A DNA stretch of 64,000 bases, from the NCBI GenBank assembly GCA_013203315.1, contig JABMQJ010000016.1, positions 4,956 to 68,955 of the forward strand, read 5' to 3'. The translations under genes were made by a program, and so were the position numbers. This document shows positions 60,791 to 64,000 of this stretch, one piece after another. The DNA is from Candidatus Omnitrophota bacterium (GTDB lineage Bacteria > Omnitrophota > Gorgyraeia > JABMRN01 > RBG-13-46-9). A model generated the notes under the pieces. It did not search any database and was not told where the DNA came from. It was given only the letters and a program-made list of their open reading frames with translations. The number at the start of each line of letters is the position of its first letter. Within the stretch, counting starts at the first letter, position 1.

Positions 60791-62506
60791 ATGAAGAAGA
60801 TTAAAGACAAGAAACCGGTCGTTGCCAAAAGAAAAGAAAAAGTAAACCTTAAACCTATTACAGACGTCGCCAGATTTCTAGGAATCAAAAAACAATACCT
60901 TGAGAACTACGGTCCCTACAAAGCGAAGATTTCCTTGGACCTGCTCAGATCTCTGCGTCGAAAAAAGCAAGGCAAATACATTCTTGTTAGCTCCATCACA
61001 CCTACGCCTCTTGGCGAAGGAAAGACTGTAACGGCCATAGGTCTTTCCATGGCATTTAATAAGCTTAAGAAGAAAGCTGTTGTATGTCTAATGCAGCCGG
61101 CCCTGGGGGGAATATTTGGAATAAAAGGAACTGCCTCAGGCGGAGGCGCTGCGCAGGTTCTTCCGAGTGAAGATGTTAACCTTCATCTCACCGGCGACAC
61201 ACATGCTGTTGAATCCGCCCACAATCTATGTGCTGCGTACCTTGAAAATTCTACCTTTAAAGGTAATCCCATGGACATAGACACCGCCTCAATCATATGG
61301 CGAAGAGCCCTTGACACAAACGACCGTTCCTTACGCAACGTAAACATAGGGCTAGGCAGCAAAACAGACGGTACTACGCGGAAAGTAGGCTTCGAAATAG
61401 TCGATTCAAGCGAAATAATGGCTATTCTGGCGCTCTCAGATAACATAAAAGACATGAGGGAGAGACTTGGTAAGGTTATCCTGGGTTTTAATAAAAAAGG
61501 GAAGCCCGTTAAAACAGAAGACATAAAAGTCGCGGGTGCCATGGCAGCCCTTTTAAAAGACGCGATAAAACCGAATCTTCTGCAGACCAGAGAAGGCACG
61601 CCTTGCTTCATGCACACCGGAGCGCCCGGAGATACCTCGCTTGGAGTAACTTCGGTAGTAGCAGATAAGATTGCGCTCGGGCTTTGCGAATATGTAATTA
61701 CGGAATCGGCCTTCGGCGCCGACCTGGGGGCGGAGAAGTTTTTTGACATAAAATGCAGGGCCGGCGGACTTACACCGGATGTTGCTGTTTTGGTCTGTTC
61801 GGTGCGAGGTCTTAAAATGCATAGCGGCGACGTTGACGTTGTTCTTGGGCGCCCCCTTCCGAAAGATATTTTTCACGAGAGCGTATCAGCAGTGGAAAGA
61901 GGTCTTTCAAATCTTGAAAAACAGGTTGAAAACCTTACTACCTTTGGGATACCTGTCGTTGTTTGTATAAACCGCATGAAAGACGACACAGATAAAGAAA
62001 TCACTGCCATAACAAGAAGGGTTGCAACATTTGGAGCAGCCGGTGTTGCAGTAAGTGATGCGTGGGCTCAGGGTAGTGAAGGAGCCATGGAGTTAGCCTC
62101 GGCTGTTATCAGCGCATGTAAAACAAAACACAGCTTCAGGTTTCTTTATCCTACCGATATGCCGATAAAAGATAAGATTAAAAGAATCGCGAAAACTCTT
62201 TACGGCGCCAGGGAAGTAAAATTTTCTGATGAGGCTAATAAAAAAGTTCTCGATCTTAAAAAACTAAAGCTTGATAATCTCCCCATATGCATGGTAAAAA
62301 CACACCTGTCTCTCTCGAATAACCCGAAAAGAAAAGGGCGACCGCACGGCTTCAAGCTTCCGGTCGACGATATTCGCATATTTAACGGTGCCGGTTTCAT
62401 TGCCGCATTTTGTGGTAGCATAAAACGAATACCGGGTCTGCCCAAAGTTCCTCGCGGCACAAAAATCGACATTACCGAAGAAGGAAAAATCACGGGTTTA
62501 TTTTAA
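60791..62506 (+). CDS. fhs: Formate--tetrahydrofolate ligase
   Basis: 'PTPLGEGKTVTAIGL' nucleotide-binding motif, 'FDIKCRAGGL', C-terminal '...ITGLF'; 571 aa. Confidence 0.9.
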   Translation: MKKIKDKKPVVAKRKEKVNLKPITDVARFLGIKKQYLENYGPYKAKISLDLLRSLRRKKQGKYILVSSITPTPLGEGKTVTAIGLSMAFNKLKKKAVVCLMQPALGGIFGIKGTASGGGAAQVLPSEDVNLHLTGDTHAVESAHNLCAAYLENSTFKGNPMDIDTASIIWRRALDTNDRSLRNVNIGLGSKTDGTTRKVGFEIVDSSEIMAILALSDNIKDMRERLGKVILGFNKKGKPVKTEDIKVAGAMAALLKDAIKPNLLQTREGTPCFMHTGAPGDTSLGVTSVVADKIALGLCEYVITESAFGADLGAEKFFDIKCRAGGLTPDVAVLVCSVRGLKMHSGDVDVVLGRPLPKDIFHESVSAVERGLSNLEKQVENLTTFGIPVVVCINRMKDDTDKEITAITRRVATFGAAGVAVSDAWAQGSEGAMELASAVISACKTKHSFRFLYPTDMPIKDKIKRIAKTLYGAREVKFSDEANKKVLDLKKLKLDNLPICMVKTHLSLSNNPKRKGRPHGFKLPVDDIRIFNGAGFIAAFCGSIKRIPGLPKVPRGTKIDITEEGKITGLF

Positions 62507-62529
62507 TCGGGGTTTTTTCGAAATCAAGA

Positions 62530-63453
62530 ATGCTTAAAAGTAAAGCTTTCCCCGCCGCTATTGTAATTCCTGCACTTCTATTTCTTGCAGGTTGCTCCGA
62601 AATTCCGGTCGGCACAAAGAATACTATTCTCATGGATACCTTTGTAAGCGTCGAAATCAAAGACTCCTTAGACAAAAATTTAAAAAATCAAATTCTCAAT
62701 AAAACCATAAGCCGCATGAGAAGCCTAACGAAGGGATTTAATTACTTCGGAGATGAAAGCGAGCTTGCGCGGATAAACAGCTTAAAGCCAGGCGAGGAAC
62801 TCTTGCTTTCGGACGAGATGTTTGCAGTGCTTAAAACATCTCGGGATATCTTTGCTAAGACCGGGGGTGCTTTTGACGTTGCGATGGGGAAGGGTGACTG
62901 GAAGCTAGACGAAAAAAAGCATGCAATCGTAATTGAAGAAAGCGGCGTTAAGATAAATTTAGGCGGTATAGCAAAAGGCTTTATCGTAGATGAAGGGATC
63001 AAGGTACTAAAAGATGCCCTCGTTCGCAACGCAATCATAAATGCCGGCGGTGACATGTACTGCATGGGTCAAGGAACGGATGCAAAAGGGTGGAAGATAG
63101 GTATCAGAGACCCGGTAAATACAAAGAAAGTTATAGCCTCATTTAACGTTCGCGACAGGGGCGTAGCTACTTCCGGTGGATATGAAAGATTCACGAAATC
63201 CGAAAACGGAAAGTATTCCCATATAATCGACCCTAAAACAGGCGAACCCATAAAAATTATTACAAGAAGCGTCACTGTCGTAGCCGACGATTGCGCAACA
63301 GCCGACGCCCTCGCAACCGCGCTATATGTCCTTGGTCCCAAAAAGGGCCTCGCCCTTATCGAAATCCTCAAGAAAACTGAATGCGTCATCATCGACACCG
63401 ACGGCAAATTCTACGTCTCCTCCGGTCTCACAGACCTTATTTCTACGGAATGA
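62530..63453 (+). CDS. apbE: ApbE-family FAD:protein FMN transferase lipoprotein
   Basis: Lipobox 'LLFLAGCSE', ApbE motifs 'GGAFDVAMGKG', 'LGGIAKGFIVDEG', 'GVATSGGYERF'. Confidence 0.8.
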   Translation: MLKSKAFPAAIVIPALLFLAGCSEIPVGTKNTILMDTFVSVEIKDSLDKNLKNQILNKTISRMRSLTKGFNYFGDESELARINSLKPGEELLLSDEMFAVLKTSRDIFAKTGGAFDVAMGKGDWKLDEKKHAIVIEESGVKINLGGIAKGFIVDEGIKVLKDALVRNAIINAGGDMYCMGQGTDAKGWKIGIRDPVNTKKVIASFNVRDRGVATSGGYERFTKSENGKYSHIIDPKTGEPIKIITRSVTVVADDCATADALATALYVLGPKKGLALIEILKKTECVIIDTDGKFYVSSGLTDLISTE

Positions 63454-63604
63454 GAGGGCATTGGTGTGAGGCCATTTGTACAATCCTATAGGAGATCCTT
63501 TCTTTCCAAAATAATAAATAAATACATTCAGCTTACTACAATTTTTTGAAGAAGAAAGAGTTCCGTCGTTTATTGCCAGGCCTCACACCAATGCCCTCTC
63601 ATTC
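63448..63604. repeat. ~157-bp palindromic intergenic element, copy B (overlaps the apbE stop codon)
   Basis: Outer arms 'gaatgagagggcattggtgtgaggcc' (63448-63473) and 'ggcctcacaccaatgccctctcattc' (63579-63604) are perfect 26-bp reverse complements. Inner arms 'ggagatcctttctttcc' / 'gaagaagaaagagttcc'. Core shared with copy A. Confidence 0.7.
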
Positions 63605-63629
63605 CGATAAGAACGCACAAGCTTCTGGC

Positions 63630-63658
63630 TTGACAAAAAGCGGCTGATACTATATAGT
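63630..63658 (+). promoter_or_regulatory. Putative sigma70 promoter for the tRNA(CAT)-tilS unit (TTGACA-17-TATAGT)
   Basis: TTGACA 63630-63635, 17-nt spacer, TATAGT 63653-63658, ~27 nt upstream of the tRNA 5' end. Confidence 0.45.
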
Positions 63659-63684
63659 TATTAAACCGTAATATAAATAAATGT

Positions 63685-63758
63685 GGCGGGGTAGCTCAGT
63701 TGGTTAGAGCAGTCGGCTCATACCCGGCATGTCGAGAGTTCGAGTCTCTCCCCCGCTA
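63685..63758 (+). tRNA. tRNA with CAU anticodon (elongator Met or lysidine-modified Ile2; not initiator-like)
   Basis: Cloverleaf read by eye: acceptor GGCGGGG/CCCCGCT, D-arm 'TAGCTCAGTTGGTTAGAGC', anticodon stem GTCGG/CCGGC with loop 'CTCATAC' (anticodon CAT), T-arm GAGAG-TTCGAGT-CTCTC, discriminator A; no encoded CCA. Lacks the three consecutive G-C pairs of initiator tRNAs. Confidence 0.8.
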
Positions 63759-63776
63759 CTACTCGAAAAGCCCAAC

Positions 63777-64000
63777 ATGAACCTAACTTCCCAAATACTT
63801 AAAACTGTTGACCGTTACAAGATGCTCGAGAGAGGGGACAGGGTCTTGGTCGGCGTTTCAGGCGGGTCTGATTCGGTTTTTCTCGTATACGCGCTAAAGA
63901 GACTAGAAGATGTGCTGGGCATCGAGTTATTTATCGCGCACATGGATCACGGCCTAAGAGGTAAGGAATCCGGTCGGGATGCGCAGTTTGTAAAAAACTT
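63777..64000 (+). CDS. tilS: tRNA(Ile)-lysidine synthetase, N-terminal portion (continues beyond window)
   Basis: PP-loop 'RVLVGVSGGSDSVFLVYAL' (SGGxDS) characteristic of TilS/MesJ N-type ATP pyrophosphatases; ORF open at window end. Confidence 0.8.
   Translation, partial: MNLTSQILKTVDRYKMLERGDRVLVGVSGGSDSVFLVYALKRLEDVLGIELFIAHMDHGLRGKESGRDAQFVKN

Noticed and set aside
1-64000. CRISPR arrays, rRNA genes, IS elements/transposases, toxin-antitoxin or restriction-modification genes
   Set aside because: Looked for regularly spaced direct repeats, rRNA-like conserved stretches, DDE/HTH transposase ORFs and small paired ORFs. None were found. The only repeated sequence family is the two-copy palindromic element reported above.

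Overview
This 64 kb window is a densely packed chromosomal segment from a diderm (Gram-negative-type) bacterium. Every supported gene lies on the + strand.

The 5' third holds envelope and shape housekeeping (ileS 3' end, a DksA/TraR-like zinc finger, lspA, lgt, rluD, aroA) followed by the complete rod-shape module mreB-mreC-mreD-mrdA-rodA.

A full type IVa pilus locus follows:
- Motor and platform: pilT, a standalone MshEN-domain protein, two tandem PilB/GspE ATPases, pilC.
- Pilin and modification: a major pilin, then a TMTC/PMT-like GT-C glycosyltransferase with TPR repeats plus a Dpm1-like GT2 sitting directly behind the pilin gene.
- Assembly and secretin: pilM, pilN, pilO, pilP, pilQ.
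- Downstream of pilQ: rng, then a small minor pilin, a 719-aa giant minor pilin and a PilX-like gene.

The rest is core metabolism, translation and replication: rplU-rpmA-obg-proB-proA-nadD-rsfS-argS, a short Mfd, two SurA/PrsA-like PPIases-pdxA-rsmA, gatCAB, ctpA, tsaD, polA-coaE-rho-rpmE-prfA-prmC-murA-rpsP-trmD-rplS-rnhB, fhs, apbE, tRNA(CAT) and the start of tilS.

Three things stand out:
- Two copies of a ~158-bp palindromic element (39171-39328 and 63448-63604) with a conserved core and arms that differ between copies but stay complementary within each copy. This suggests a structured RNA or repeat family.
- A four-gene operon: bactofilin fused to an excisionase-type HTH, a membrane-anchored HTH protein, a periplasmic 2xPDZ protein and a HAMP-only membrane protein.
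- The GT-C + GT2 glycosylation pair embedded next to a pilin with a Ser/Thr-rich tail.

No CRISPR array, rRNA or obvious transposase was found.
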